This document shows, one piece after another, positions 48,830 through 61,039 of a DNA stretch of 64,000 bases. Numbering within the stretch: the first letter of the stretch is position 1; every line of letters begins with the position of its first letter. The translations under genes and the position numbers were made by a program. This stretch comes from the human T2T-CHM13v2.0 reference genome, Homo sapiens. The notes under the pieces are model-generated. The model saw nothing but the letters and a program-made list of their open reading frames with translations. It had not been told where the DNA came from and made no database searches. The DNA lies in assembly GCF_009914755.1 (NCBI RefSeq), contig NC_060938.1. One strand, 5' to 3'.

Positions 48830-51236
48830 TTTATTTCAGAGTGAGCATCAGCGACCTACAAGAACCTGGGACAGAAGCCAATGCCTCCCGTTTCCCTGTG
48901 ATGTGAAACAGGACCCTGTGCTTCCTGTGGACTTCAAGAAATGTGGACTTGAGCTTTGCCATCCCTTCCCCTGATCCTGTTTCATAGATTTTGCTGTTAT
49001 ATTCTCTGTATCTTTACAGGGATCGGGAGGCTGAATTAGTGTTATTCAGGGTTAGTAACTGTCCCTTCCTTAACGGTGGTGGTCCTGATAGTTCGCACAT
49101 TTTTGGCTGTCCCAAAGAGCAGTGCAATTATGAAGGCGTAAATACGACCAAAGACCACTCTCAGATACATCACTGATTGCTGGCTTTGTTTGACGGAACG
49201 TGTTCTTTTTGGAGGTGGCCCGCTGTTGACACTCCCACCAGCACCTCTTCTTAGGCACAGTGGAGGATCCCAGCCTATATGGCAATGGCAGTTCCTTCTG
49301 TTGTTGCAGACTCCTCTATGACCGCACTTCTGAGGGTGGCAGTTGTAGCCCAGTGAAGTGATAGTCACATTGCACTGGGTGTTATTACAGAAGTTTCCAT
49401 GAACACAAGGAGTGCCATCTATCACACGCCCAACATCAGTCGTGTCTGTTGCATGGTGTTCATCCAGTCCAAAACACTGAAACCCTCCTCTCACTGAGTG
49501 ATGGAATGAAACACGTTCCTGCAGCCGGGGAAGATGGGTCACATTGGTACACTGCAGTCTTCCACAAAACTTATCTATTCCTGCACAAGCCTGGTAGCTG
49601 AGATATGTTTGTTGTCTAATACAATGTCCAAATCGGTAGCTTTCAAGATTTATGTCATAGCAGACCTCGGGAGCATCCTCAGCACTGACACCAAAGATCG
49701 CCTTGCAGAGCACATTGCGATCAGTGCAGTTCCCACGATAGCAGTAGCCTTCTTCAGTGCACGGGGTTCCATCTTGCGTATAAACGTTTGCGGGACATGT
49801 CACGGTGGTCCCGTGACAGTACTCTGGAAGGTCACATATATTTTGGATAGGTCTGCAGAGAGTCCCTGGTGGGGAGAAGCTGCAGTTTGTACAGCACTCT
49901 CCTATATGGCAGATGCTCCCCGGTGTTAAGTGACAGTCACTTTGGCAGCAATAACTGGCATAACACTGCTTGAAGGAGCCACAGTCACATTCCTCCCTCC
50001 CCTCCACTATGAGGTTTCCACAGCGAACCGTTGTCATGGTTTCGTTATACACAGGAGCAAGTGTTTCAAAAACACACTGGCCTGAATGTATAAAACAATT
50101 TTGTGCATGTCCATAAGAACAGTTACTGAACGCATCTGTCATCCCAGGAAATCGCTGCATAATGCAGGAGGCCCTTCTCTGACATGTGCAGTAGTTATCA
50201 TCATACTCCAGACCAATACTTCTCATCTGTGTCTGGGTTATTATGACGGCTACCAATAAATAATGTCTGCCTGGAGTACCAATGTGTAACAGGGCTATAC
50301 GGGAACAGAAGTTATACCTTTCAGGTTCATAGTTAGATTCATGTGGCACGTATTTAATAAGTAGTGTGGATGAATGAACATGAAAAGTATCAAAAAAAGT
50401 TGTTTTAAAATAGGTAAACATTGCACTCTGAATTCGATATTCATTCACAGGGGCTGGGTCACGATTATTATATATGGTCAAAAGATAAATATAGTACCGC
50501 AGATCAATATTTTGAGCAATGCTGTCAATGAGACTGAACATCTGGACCACCTCTTTGGAACAAGTTGTAATATTGCCATATATGCGATAATATGAATTGG
50601 AACATTGAACGTGGCCTTTTATATTGCCTCTATGAGAACTATACAGCGAATTAGATATCCTGGGATTCATGCTGTCATTTGCTTCAGAGAACAGGGGGTC
50701 TGTCTCATTGTCATCATCTCTAAATGTGGGCCCTGTTGCGTTGGGCTCGGCCACTATCTGAAAAACAACATGTTCAAACCTGCGGGAATCCTGGAGGGGT
50801 TTGATTTCGTACGCAAGGTCGTCCAGCCTCATGATGCCTCTGAGGTCCCCATAGCACGTGTCGACGGTGACCATGGACAGAGGCACCTCCTCCAGGTAGC
50901 CGAGGTACTAGCAGTCTGGAGGGATGTAGGGGTCACCCATCTGCAAGACTCCTTGGTCATCCTGAGTTGTCACCAGCAGATGTCTAGGCCAAAGAAGGTG
51001 TTTCCTCCGCATGTGAATGACGTGTCTTTGACCCCAAAACACAGGCTGTAGGACAGCCAGCCGGGAAACTGAAGGCCTTTGCTATGGTGTGTCTCCTTCC
51101 TGGGAATCACCACCTCGGAGGAGGCGTAGTGCCACAAGGGACGGCCTTGAGAACACCGGACCGGAGCCAGGAGCGCCCAGAGCCCCAGCAGCAAGAGGGG
51201 GGTCCTAAGGGTGACCCGCGCCTCTGCCCGCCTCAT
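48830..51236 (-). pseudogene. ADAM6: ADAM6 pseudogene with an intronless coding region
   Basis: Signal peptide from ATG 51236; 1-bp frameshift in the G-run near 51032-51035; TAG at 50910-50908; then a 614-codon frame with disintegrin (CGNLIVEGREECDCG, CDLPEYC), Cys-rich, EGF-like and TM regions, stop at 49042; AATAAA at 48835-48830. Confidence 0.93.
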
Positions 51237-51839
51237 GTCCCAGCCCAGCGATAGTCATCCAAAGACAATGGGAAAGGAAAGGACTGTCCTGGGCGAAGCC
51301 AGGCCCCAACCAGCTGCGGTGGCTGCGTCCCTCCCAGGGAGACCCTGACAGAGAACAAAGGGCCTCCCCAGGCTCCCGCACCACACCCCGGGGGGCACCT
51401 GGACTCCGGGAGGGAATGAGGTAACAGTCCCAGGGCGGGGCAGGGGGTGGGCCTGGACAGGACGGCAGCTGCTGCACTGCGGGATGAGGCTGAGGGTCAT
51501 GGCTGTGAGGCCTCATCGGGGAGGGAAAAGGGAGAGGGAAGCAGGGCTGTCTCTTTTACCACCGTCAATCTTTTCCGTTTCTTTCTGAATCTACAAAATG
51601 CAATGATGTGCGTCCAATGCCCTTGCATCACCCGTGTTATTCTCGGTTGCTCTGTGGGTTAATAGTGCTCCTTTCTGTGGCTCACACTGCTTACTCCTTT
51701 GTCATGTGGAGGTAGACACTGCCAATATTTTCCTTGGGGACTGAATGTTTTTCTACTCTTAATAAGTACCCATGTCTTATTCTTTTTGTTGTTGTGTTGT
51801 TTTGTTGTGGCTTTGAAGTTTTGTTTGAAGTTACCAGAT

Positions 51840-52165
51840 TGTGAAAGGAAAATATCTTGGGCCCCGTCAAGCTGGAAACCACTCAGGACAAATCTGCCTC
51901 CCAGTCTATTTAAAGTTGTCCCTCTGCTCACAGAGACAGGTGCATATCCTCATGGCCTCCTTTGCAAACACTTATCAGAAACTCAAAAGAATGCAACCAT
52001 CTGTCTCTCACCTACCTGTGACCTGGAAGCCCTAAGTGGGGAGGACTTGCTTTGAGTTGTCTCAGCCTTTCTGGATGGAACTAATGTCCTTCTTACTTAT
52101 ATTGACTGATGTCTCATGTGTCCCTGAAATGCGTAAATCAAGATGTGCCCGACCACCTTGAATCC
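51840..52165 (+). mobile_element. MER4-group LTR fragment
   Basis: TGTGAAAGGAAAATATCTTGGGCCCC...AGAAACTCAAAAGAATGCAACCAT...GACCTGGAAGCCC. Confidence 0.65.
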
Positions 52166-52874
52166 AGAGTTCCTGGATTCACAAGATCAACAGTTGATAT
52201 AGGGTAACTTTTTCTTCTGTGCTATGTAAAACTCTTGTGAATTATGATACTTTTTACTTAGTCCATCTATTGGGAACAGATGCTATTCCTGACCCCATCA
52301 GAGCCCCAGGTGCTGTCCCTCCGATGCTTCTGTGTGGTTCTCTCCTGGTCTTTGGTCATTTCTTCAGATGCAGGAGCTGATCAGCTCTCAGGGAAGGGCA
52401 CAGGGGGCCCTCTGTGGGTGTCTCATGTCTGAGAACTAACGTTTCACATATTTCTGCCAATTCTGTCATTGCTTATGAGGGGAGGGAAAATCCAAGGCCA
52501 GATCATAATCAGAAACACAAATTACTGTTTCTTCAAAAGTGTAAATATTTCCCTTTCCTGGCGAATGTGGTCACTCCATTTAAACTTAACGTGACCGTGG
52601 TGTGTTTCGAAGGCTGCGCTGTGTGGCACTTTGTCTTCCAACGCCCCGTACTCCCATCTTCCATCGCTTCAAATCCTGCCTTTTTACCACAGATGAACGA
52701 TTACTAATGAAGCTGGTTTCCCCTCTACGAGTGTGCAGGTTGAACGCCCTTTCCCTACCCCTTTAAGGCTTTCACAGGGAACAGAAGGAAAATATTTGAC
52801 ATCCCTGAAGGAGGCTGCTAGGGAAGACTGTGTTCCTCCTAAATTCTTGTGCTGAAGTCCCAACCCTTGGTCCT

Positions 52875-53965
52875 GTCCCCACATGGCCCCTTCCCTGAGA
52901 TGAGCTCATCTGTCCTCTTCCCCAAGGTGAGCACACCTGTCCCCACGTGGACCTTTCCCTGAGACAAGCACACCTGTCCCCACATGGACCCTTCCCTCAG
53001 AGGAGCATAACTGTCCCCATGTGGACCCTTCCTTCAGATGAACTCACCTGTCCCCACGTGGACCCTTCCCTCCAGAGGAGCACACCTGTCCCCACGTGGA
53101 CCCTTCCCTCAGAGGAGCACACCGGTCCCCAAGTGGACCCTTCCTTCAGACGAGCTCACCTGTCCCCACGTGGACCCTTCCCTCAGACGAGGTCACTTGT
53201 CCCCATGTGGACCCTTCCCTCAGATGAGCTCACCTGTCCCCACGTGGACTCTTCCCTCAGATGAGCTCACCTGTTCCCACATGGACCCTTCCCTGAGACA
53301 AGCACACCTGTCCCCATGTGCACCCTTCCCTCAGAGGAGCACACTTCTTCCCTGAGAAGGTGGACTCTTCCCTGAGGCAAGAACACCTGTCCCCAGGTGG
53401 ACCATTCTCTCCGATGTGCACACCTGTCCCCACATGCACCCTTCCCTGAGAGAAGCACACCTGTCCCTATGTGGACCCTTTCTTGATACTAGCACACCTG
53501 TCCCCACATGGACCCTTCCTTGAGACAAGCACACCTGTCCCCACTTCGACGCTTCTCTCAGATGAGCACAACTGTCCCCACCTGGACCCTTCCCTGAGAC
53601 GAGCTCACCTGTCCCTACTTGGATTCTTGCCTTAGACAAGCACCTCTGTCCCCACGTGGACCCTTCCCTGAGAGAAGCACACCTGTCCCCAGGAGGACCC
53701 TTACCTCAGACAAGCATGCCTGTCCCCAGGTCAACCCTTCCCTCAAAAGAGCTCACCTGTCCACATGAGGACCCTTCCTTGAGACAAGCACTTCTGTCCC
53801 CTCAGACAAGCTCACCTGTCCCCATGTGGACCCTTCCCTGAGACAAGCACACCTGTCTCCATGTGGAACCTTCCTTCAGACAAGCACACCTGTCCCCACA
53901 TGGACCCTTCCCTGAGACAAGCACGCCTGTCCCCATGTAGACCCTTCCTTCAGAGGAGCTCTCCT
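52875..53965. repeat. 37-bp minisatellite, ~29 degenerate copies
   Basis: Consensus CACCTGTCCCCAYRTGGACCCTTCCCTSAGAYRAGCW; for example starts at 52934 and 52971. Confidence 0.95.
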
Positions 53966-53967
53966 GT

Positions 53968-54290
53968 GCTCAGACACCACCAGGGGGGCTCAGACACTAA
54001 TAGGGTGGCTCAGACACTAACTGGGGGCTCAGACACCATCAGGGGTCCTCAGACACTAATAGGGTGGCTCAGACACTAAGAAGGGGACTCAGACACCACC
54101 AGGGGGCTCAGACACTAGCAGGGGCACTCGGACACCACCAGGGAGGATCAGACATAAGGCGGGGGGGCTCAGAAACCACCAGAGGGGCTCAGACACCACC
54201 AGAGGGCGCCCAGCAACCAAGGGATGCTCAGAACCTACGGAGGGGCACTCAGGACCTACAGGGGTCGCTCAGGACCTGGCTCAGGAGCAG
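53968..54290 (+). promoter_or_regulatory. Tandem ~20-bp repeat array of CTCF-like motifs
   Basis: About 15 units of CTCAGACACCACCAGGGGG; strong cores CCACCAGGGGGC (54096-54107) and CCACCAGAGGGCGC (54196-54209). Confidence 0.7.
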
Positions 54291-54927
54291 ATGCAAAGTG
54301 AAGCTGAGGTTTCCGTTTTCTCTTTGGGGATTCCTTGTCCTGCCCTGCAAAAGCCTTGCTCAGCAGCTATTATTGTTTCTTCCCTGGAATTCCCTAGTTC
54401 CTCTCATCTGAAAAGGACATAGAGCAGAAATCCCATTTAACTTTTCACACTTCATTTTCAGTCTCCTTCTAGCGATATTTCAGTAAAATATTAATAAGAA
54501 ATAATGAAGCCACAGTCCAAATGTTAGCATCATGCAAAGATTTGTGTGTCTTCTCCACTCTGTCAGTTATGCCTTAGGAAACTCTTCTCTCAATCCACTG
54601 CTCAGTGTACACTATGATGTTGTGTTTTGTTCTTTGCTTTCATCTGCTTTGCAGGGAAATGAAGCACCATTTATTGGGACGTGTCCTCCATTTCTGATGG
54701 ACTCCCCGTGGTCTCCACCTCAGACGGTTTTGCCACCATCTTTAATCCGTTAATGCCTTCAATCGACCTCACCATCCATGTAATGAAGCAATGAATGCCT
54801 TTACCTCATCTACTTGTGTCTCCATGAGTCAGTTCACTTCTCTCCATTCTCACAAAGGACAGCCAACCTCAGGCCACTGCTTCAGAGCCTCCTGCAGCCT
54901 TGGGTGGTCAACCTATTAAAAAGCCCC

Positions 54928-57019
54928 TGCTGTTTAGAAAGGATGTGTATTGGAAACTTAATCCCAAATTCCATAGTGTCCAGAGGTGGGAATGTTAAGA
55001 AATGATTAGGTCATGAGGGCTCTGCCCTCATGAAGCAATGAATGCCATTATCGTCAGAGTAGGTTACTCATTGTGGTAGCAGATTAGTTACTACAGGCCT
55101 GGGTTCCTCATTAAAAAATGAGTTTAAACCCCTTTCCATCCTTCGCACCTGCTCTCCTGCCTTCCACATGGACATCACAGCAAGAAGGCTCTTGCCAGAT
55201 GCTAACACCTTGATATTGACTTCCCAGCCTCTAGAGCTGCGAGAAAATAAATTCCTTTTCCTTATACTTTAGCCAGTGTGTGGTATTCACTCATTGCACC
55301 ACAAAGTGGACTAAGACGAAAAATCAGTATCAAGAGGTGGGGCTGTTGCGATAACAAATACCCCAAAATGTAGAAGTGGATGTAGTAATGCACAAAGACT
55401 GGAATAATTTGGAGGATCAGACTATAAAAAGTCTGGATTGCCCTGAATAGAACACTAGAGGTGATTCTTTTGAGGACTCAGAAGAAGAGAGCTGTGAGGA
55501 AATTCTGAAACTTCTTAGAGATTATTTAGGTGATGACCATTAGATGTCAGTAGAAATGTGGACAATAAAGGCCGTTCTGATGAGGTCTCAGGAGAAAAAG
55601 AAGAATAGCTCATCGGAAAATGGAGCAAAGGCCATCCTTGCCATAAAGTGGCAAAGAACGTGGCTGAATTGTGTTCATCCCTAGGTCCTTCTGTAAGGTG
55701 GAAGTTCAGAGCCATGAACGAGGTTATATGGTGGGAGAAATTTGAAGGAAATCTATGGCCTCACTTCTAGCAGGCACTTTAGGACTCTGTTCCCGGTGTC
55801 CAGGCACAGCACTCCTTGGCTGCCCATGCTGTGGCTCAGGAGGACCTAGGTGTGGCTCAAGCCATCACTTTAATGGTACAAGTCATCAACTTCCATGGCA
55901 TCCATGTGTTGTTAATTCTGCAGGTGTGCAGAATACAAGAACCACGAGGGCATGGCTTTCTCCACCTAGATTTCAAAGAATGCTGTGGACGGCCTAAGGT
56001 CTCGGGCAGCCTAAGGACAGCCTAAGGTCTCGGGCAGTGACTTGTTGCAGAGACAGAGTCACCACACTGGGCCCTTAGCACAATGCCAAGCAGAAATGTG
56101 GGTTTGGAGGTACCACAAAGAGTTTCCAGTCAGCCTAGGAGAGCTAGAGGCCTGAGAGTCCCACCTGTGAGAGCGGCTGAGTGGACTGAACCCAGAAAAT
56201 ATATAGAGGCAAGACTGCCGGAGGCCTTGGGGGCCCATCCCCCTCCCCAGTGTGCACAAGATGCCGTTAAAGAGGATGATTTTCCAGCTATAAGACTTAA
56301 TGTTTTTTTCCCTGTTGGGTTTTGAACTAGGCACCGCTTTCTCCTTGCCTCTCTCTGAGCTTTGGAATGGGAATTTCTATCCCATACCTGCCCCATTGTT
56401 CACTGTATTTGAAAGTAGATAACTTGTTTTGACTTTATAGGCTCGCAGATGGAAACAATTTATATCAGGCTAAATTGTGCCTCGAGTCACACTCATATCT
56501 GATTTAGATGAGACTTTGGACTTCAGACTTTTGCACTGATGCTGGATAAGACTTTGGAGACAATTGGGATGGAATGAATGTAATTTGCATTGTGATAAGG
56601 ACATAAATTTTGATATTAGGAATGGAATGCTATGGTTTAAATGTGTCTCCCAAAGTTTAGGATCTGGAAATAATCTTTAATGCAACAGTGTTGAGAGGTG
56701 GGACCTTTATTATGTGATCAAGTCATGAAGGCTCTGTCCTCATGAATGGATTACTGTCACTATCAATGGAGTGGGTTAGTTATTATAGGAGTGAATTTCT
56801 AATAAAAGATGGTCTCCTTTCTCTCGTGGACAAATGGTCTCTTGCTCACCCACCTCTGCTGTGAGATGAGGCAGTGAGAAGTCCCTTGTGAGATGCCAGT
56901 GTCTTGATATTAGACTTCTCTGACTCAAGCACCATAAAGCATAAATTCCTTTTCTTTAGAAATTGCCCAGTCTCTGGTATTCGGTTATAGTAACAAAAAG
57001 ACAGACTGAGACTAAGCCA
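54928..57019 (+). mobile_element. MST-family MaLR provirus: LTR 54928-55318, internal region, LTR 56628-57019
   Basis: Two similar LTRs (GTCATGARGGCTCTGYCCTCATGAA, ending GACTAAG) flank a MaLR internal region. Confidence 0.75.
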
Positions 57020-57099
57020 TTGTAACATGTGTGAGGTGATATCTTATCATGGTTTTAATTTGCATTTCCCTGATGATTAGTGATGTTGAGCATTTGACT

Positions 57100-57500
57100 C
57101 TTTATGTTGAGTGAAATAAGCCAGGTATAAAAAATTACTCCATGATCTTGCTTACACATGCAATCTAAAAATGTTGAACTCAGAGAAGTAGAGAGTAGAA
57201 TGGTGCCTACCAGGGGCTGGCGTCAGGGGCATGTGAAAGCTGAGACGTTGGTGAAAGGGTACAGAGTTTTGGTTAGATAGAAGGAATTCGTTTGAAGATC
57301 TATTGCACAGCATGGTGACTTCCATGATACTAATGTACTATATACTTGAAAACTGATAAGAGAGTAGATTTTACACGTTTACACCATAAAAAATAAGTAT
57401 GTGAGGTGATGGACATGTTTATTTACTTGATTTAATAATTTCACAATGCCCGCATACGTCAAAACATCACGTCATATCCCCATAATATATGAAATAGAAT
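57100..57500 (+). mobile_element. L1MA-like 3' end
   Basis: TATGTTGAGTGAAATAAGCCAGG...GATCTATTGCACAGCATGGTGACT...GTATGTGAGGTGATGG. Confidence 0.75.
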
Positions 57501-57536
57501 ATGTTTTTCTAGTAAGTGTGATGCCTCTGTTTCTTT

Positions 57537-58257
57537 TTCTTTCTTTTTTTTTTTGGGAACAAAACAATAAACACCTTTATTACATGGGTGAAGACAAAAC
57601 AAGGATTTATTTGCCTTTCTGGGCCTTGATTTTCCTAAGATAGAACTCCAACTCTTTGCCCTCTAGCACATAGCCATCTGCTCGGCCACACTGTCCCGGC
57701 CTTGAAGCCATGCACGCAAGAAGCTTGCCCTGCTGGAACTGCTCCCCCAGGAGACTGCTCATTTTGGCATTCTTCTTCCTTTCATCATATTTCTTCTGAA
57801 TTTTTTTAGATCGTTTTTTGTTTAAAATCTCTTCTTCCTCAGGAGTCAGCTTGGCTCCCTTCTTGCGGCCCAGGGGCAGTGCACAGTGGGACTCGTACCA
57901 CTGTCGGTAGGGCGTGCTGTCGATGAGCACGATGCAATTCTTCACCACGGTCTTGGTACGAACCAGCTCGTTATTGGATGCATTGTAGACAACATCGATG
58001 ACCCTTGTTTCACCAGCGCAGCATTCTGAGCCCCAGGAGAAATTCCCCACGTCCAGCCTCGGGGCACAGTATTTCTTGTTACCTCCTCGCACACGGACTG
58101 TGTGGATGCGGCACGGGTCAGTCTTGCTGTTGGCAGCTGGGCGCCCCAACTCATACTTCCGCTTCTTGTGGCAGGGCCATCTCTTGCCCCCAGCTTTGCG
58201 GCCCTTGTGCCAGTTGTCCCGAGAGGTGCCCATCGCTCGGCGCTGGCTGGAAAGAGG
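57537..58257 (-). pseudogene. RPS8P1: Processed pseudogene of ribosomal protein S8 (ORF 58233-57607, 208 aa)
   Basis: [10 protein letters not shown]...[13 protein letters not shown]...[26 protein letters not shown]; intronless; 5' TOP CTCTTTCC; AATAAA and polyA tail; 14-bp TSD GCCTCTGTTTCTTT (57523-36 and 58258-71). Confidence 0.93.
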
Positions 58258-60622
58258 GCCTCTGTTTCTTTAACAATACTTTCTGGAGATTGTTTTTCCC
58301 TTGAGCAATGTTTCCTCTCTGCTGTATTTACACAGTTTTCCTTTCCCATGGGTTGATTTAAGACAGTGACAATTTATTTATTCTATGTCTGGTAATTTCA
58401 CTGAGAAACTTAATGAATAGCCACTTGAAACCATCTGGTGCCACTGAGAAACCATCTGAAGGACACAGATTTTCTGAGTGTAGGCCACAACCATATTTTA
58501 ACACTTTTTAAATTCAAAATCGGGGTTTAAATTTTGATATTTTACTATGGCTTCTTTGATTCCCTCCCAAGATCTAACCATTGAGCGTGTGAAAAGGGCT
58601 GGGACCCAGGTTACGGCTGTGCTTGGCATGATGACGTCCTGCAGAAATTCCTTTGGCTTTCTACATGGAGCTCAGCCTCCGTATCAGCCAGCTCACCAGG
58701 AGGTCAGAGTACTTTTCAAAGATCCTCATTGTGTTGTTTCATTGTGAGAGGTTTCCAGCCCTCGTGAGACACCCCTTGGTTTTACAGTCATCACGAACTT
58801 GTTTACGATTCCGAAAACATACCTGCCATCTGTCCATATGTTTGTTCTGCGGCTTTTGATTTGCTAAAATGCTGTAGTAACTGCAATAAGTTCTACCATC
58901 TGGATTAATTTTCACCTCAGATGGAAGAGTATATTTTAAGATAAAGATAAAATAGTAATAGTATATCCTCCTTGGTAGTATCCAGTTCTATACTTTGAGC
59001 TATGGTCTGTCAATAAATAATGTTATGCCAGGGTCCTCAATGGAGTGCCTGAACATCTAAGGAAGGTACAGAAGTTTCCCTAACTAAGATAGAAACCATG
59101 GTGAGCACAAGTTTGCTATGCATCCATGTCTCCGGTCTGTCTCACTATGCACCTGACACTCATTTTAACCTCACCAGGAAGTCAGTTAACTTCCAAATCA
59201 GTTTATTGTAATGCTTCTAGGTAATTATATGTGGCAATTTCAGGCAGAAATGAATAAAAATCTTCACCAGAGAATCTAATACAGAAGAATGCAAGAGGCC
59301 CTGGGCTTGTTTTCATAAAAGCATCATACACCAGGCAGTTGATTCTTTCAGCTGTCGGCACTGGCTCACCCAGCATGCGGGCTTCATCCCCTAAGTAAGC
59401 TTCATCATGCATGGATAGGCTGGCGCCTTTCCTGAGGCCATATGCCGATGGATATGCAGCACTGTGCCACACGTCCACAGAGATACAAAATCCCTGATGG
59501 GAAGAACGAGGCTGGATCAACGGGACTGGCAGTTTCTCATTGAGGAAATGTGAGGTCAGTTTCTATGGTGGGCAATTCAGGAAATTACTCAGCAGTTTTG
59601 TAATTGATGGTTATGGAAAAATGAACCGTTGAGATGACTAATGACTTACATTCCATTATTCCAAGTAAGAAACGGACATCACAGTTCGCTGTAACTAAAT
59701 TTTCATAACCAAATGGATTACTTTAAATTTCTTCCTACATCTTCTCTTAATAATTTTTAATAACGAATGTGTCTTACCTATATTCCCAATATTTAAAACT
59801 GGGTTGTCAAGAGAGTCTAGAGAATTTGAGAACTAGGAACAGTGAAACTCCTGTATGTTCAGCAGCTCCCAAAGCAACACAATATTCCCCAGGAACACTG
59901 TTCTGTCCTCCAGCATAATTCATGCTTGTGTATTTCCTAATGGCTCCAATAGTGACCCTCCATTCCCACCAAACATTTGGCCTCCCCTCTCTCCACTTCC
60001 CCTCCATTCATACATTACACTCTCAGCTCTGTCTAGGGTGTCATAAAAGCCAGCGGACGGACCCTCCTGATCTCCTGAACATGAAAGCCAGCACTATCAT
60101 GTGATGGGCTCCTCTTGGCATGGTGACCTTCAAAGGCACCTCATTTAAATAATCACCTTTTTTTTCCTTCTGTAACAAAGTGTTTCTTTCCATTGTGCCT
60201 TCCCATAAGCAGTTTAACATAATTTACTGTCCGACCACAGTTATTAATACACACAAATGCCACAACCTCTTTCTAGCCCAAGAGACCTGATTAATTCTTC
60301 TTTGGGGATGAGCACACCCTAGAAACACATCCCATTCACATAAACACGGGCACACCGATGACGTGTTCTTGAGTCTACACCATTCTCCGTCCAACTCCAT
60401 GAGCCCCTGAAGACCAAGACAGGCTCTTTCACACCTGTGCAAGCTCCGGCCCAGGGACGGCCTGCTGAGGAATGGGCTCAGCTGGGTCTGGGTGCTGGGT
60501 TCATCTCTTCCCCTCTCCTGTCCCAAAGCAGGTCCATCACCCTGCTCAGGTCTGAACAGGAGTGTCTAGGTTTTTCTGGCCATCCGACTTTTTCAATGTA
60601 TAGAAGCTCTCCTATTACCTAC

Positions 60623-61005
60623 TGTATTCATTTTATAGGGCTTTTATAACGAAATACCACAGATCGGATGGCTTACAATACAAAACCAATTTCCTCACAC
60701 TTATGGAGGATGAAAGCCTAAGATCAAGCTGCCAGCTGGGTGGGTTTCCTCTGAGGTCTCGCTCCCTGGCATGCAGATGGCGCCTTCTCACTGTTCTGTG
60801 GTAACATGGCCGTCCCTCGGGGCCTGTGCACCCTCCCTCCTGCTTCCTCTTCTTATAACAACAGTCAGATTGCATTAGGGCCCCACTCCAGGAATCTCAC
60901 TTTAACTTATTCACCTCTTTAAAGGACACTAATCCAAGTATGATTTCATTCTGAAGGACCAAGGGTTGGGACTTCAGCACATGAATTTAGGAGGGACACA
61001 GTCTC
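60623..61005 (-). mobile_element. MLT1A/B-like LTR
   Basis: TGTATTCATTTTATAGGGC...AAATACCACAGA...GGCATGCAGATGGCGCCTTCTCACTG...GAATTTAGGAGGGACACA. Confidence 0.75.
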
Positions 61006-61039
61006 CCCTAGCAGCCTCCTTCAGGGATGTCAAATAAAA

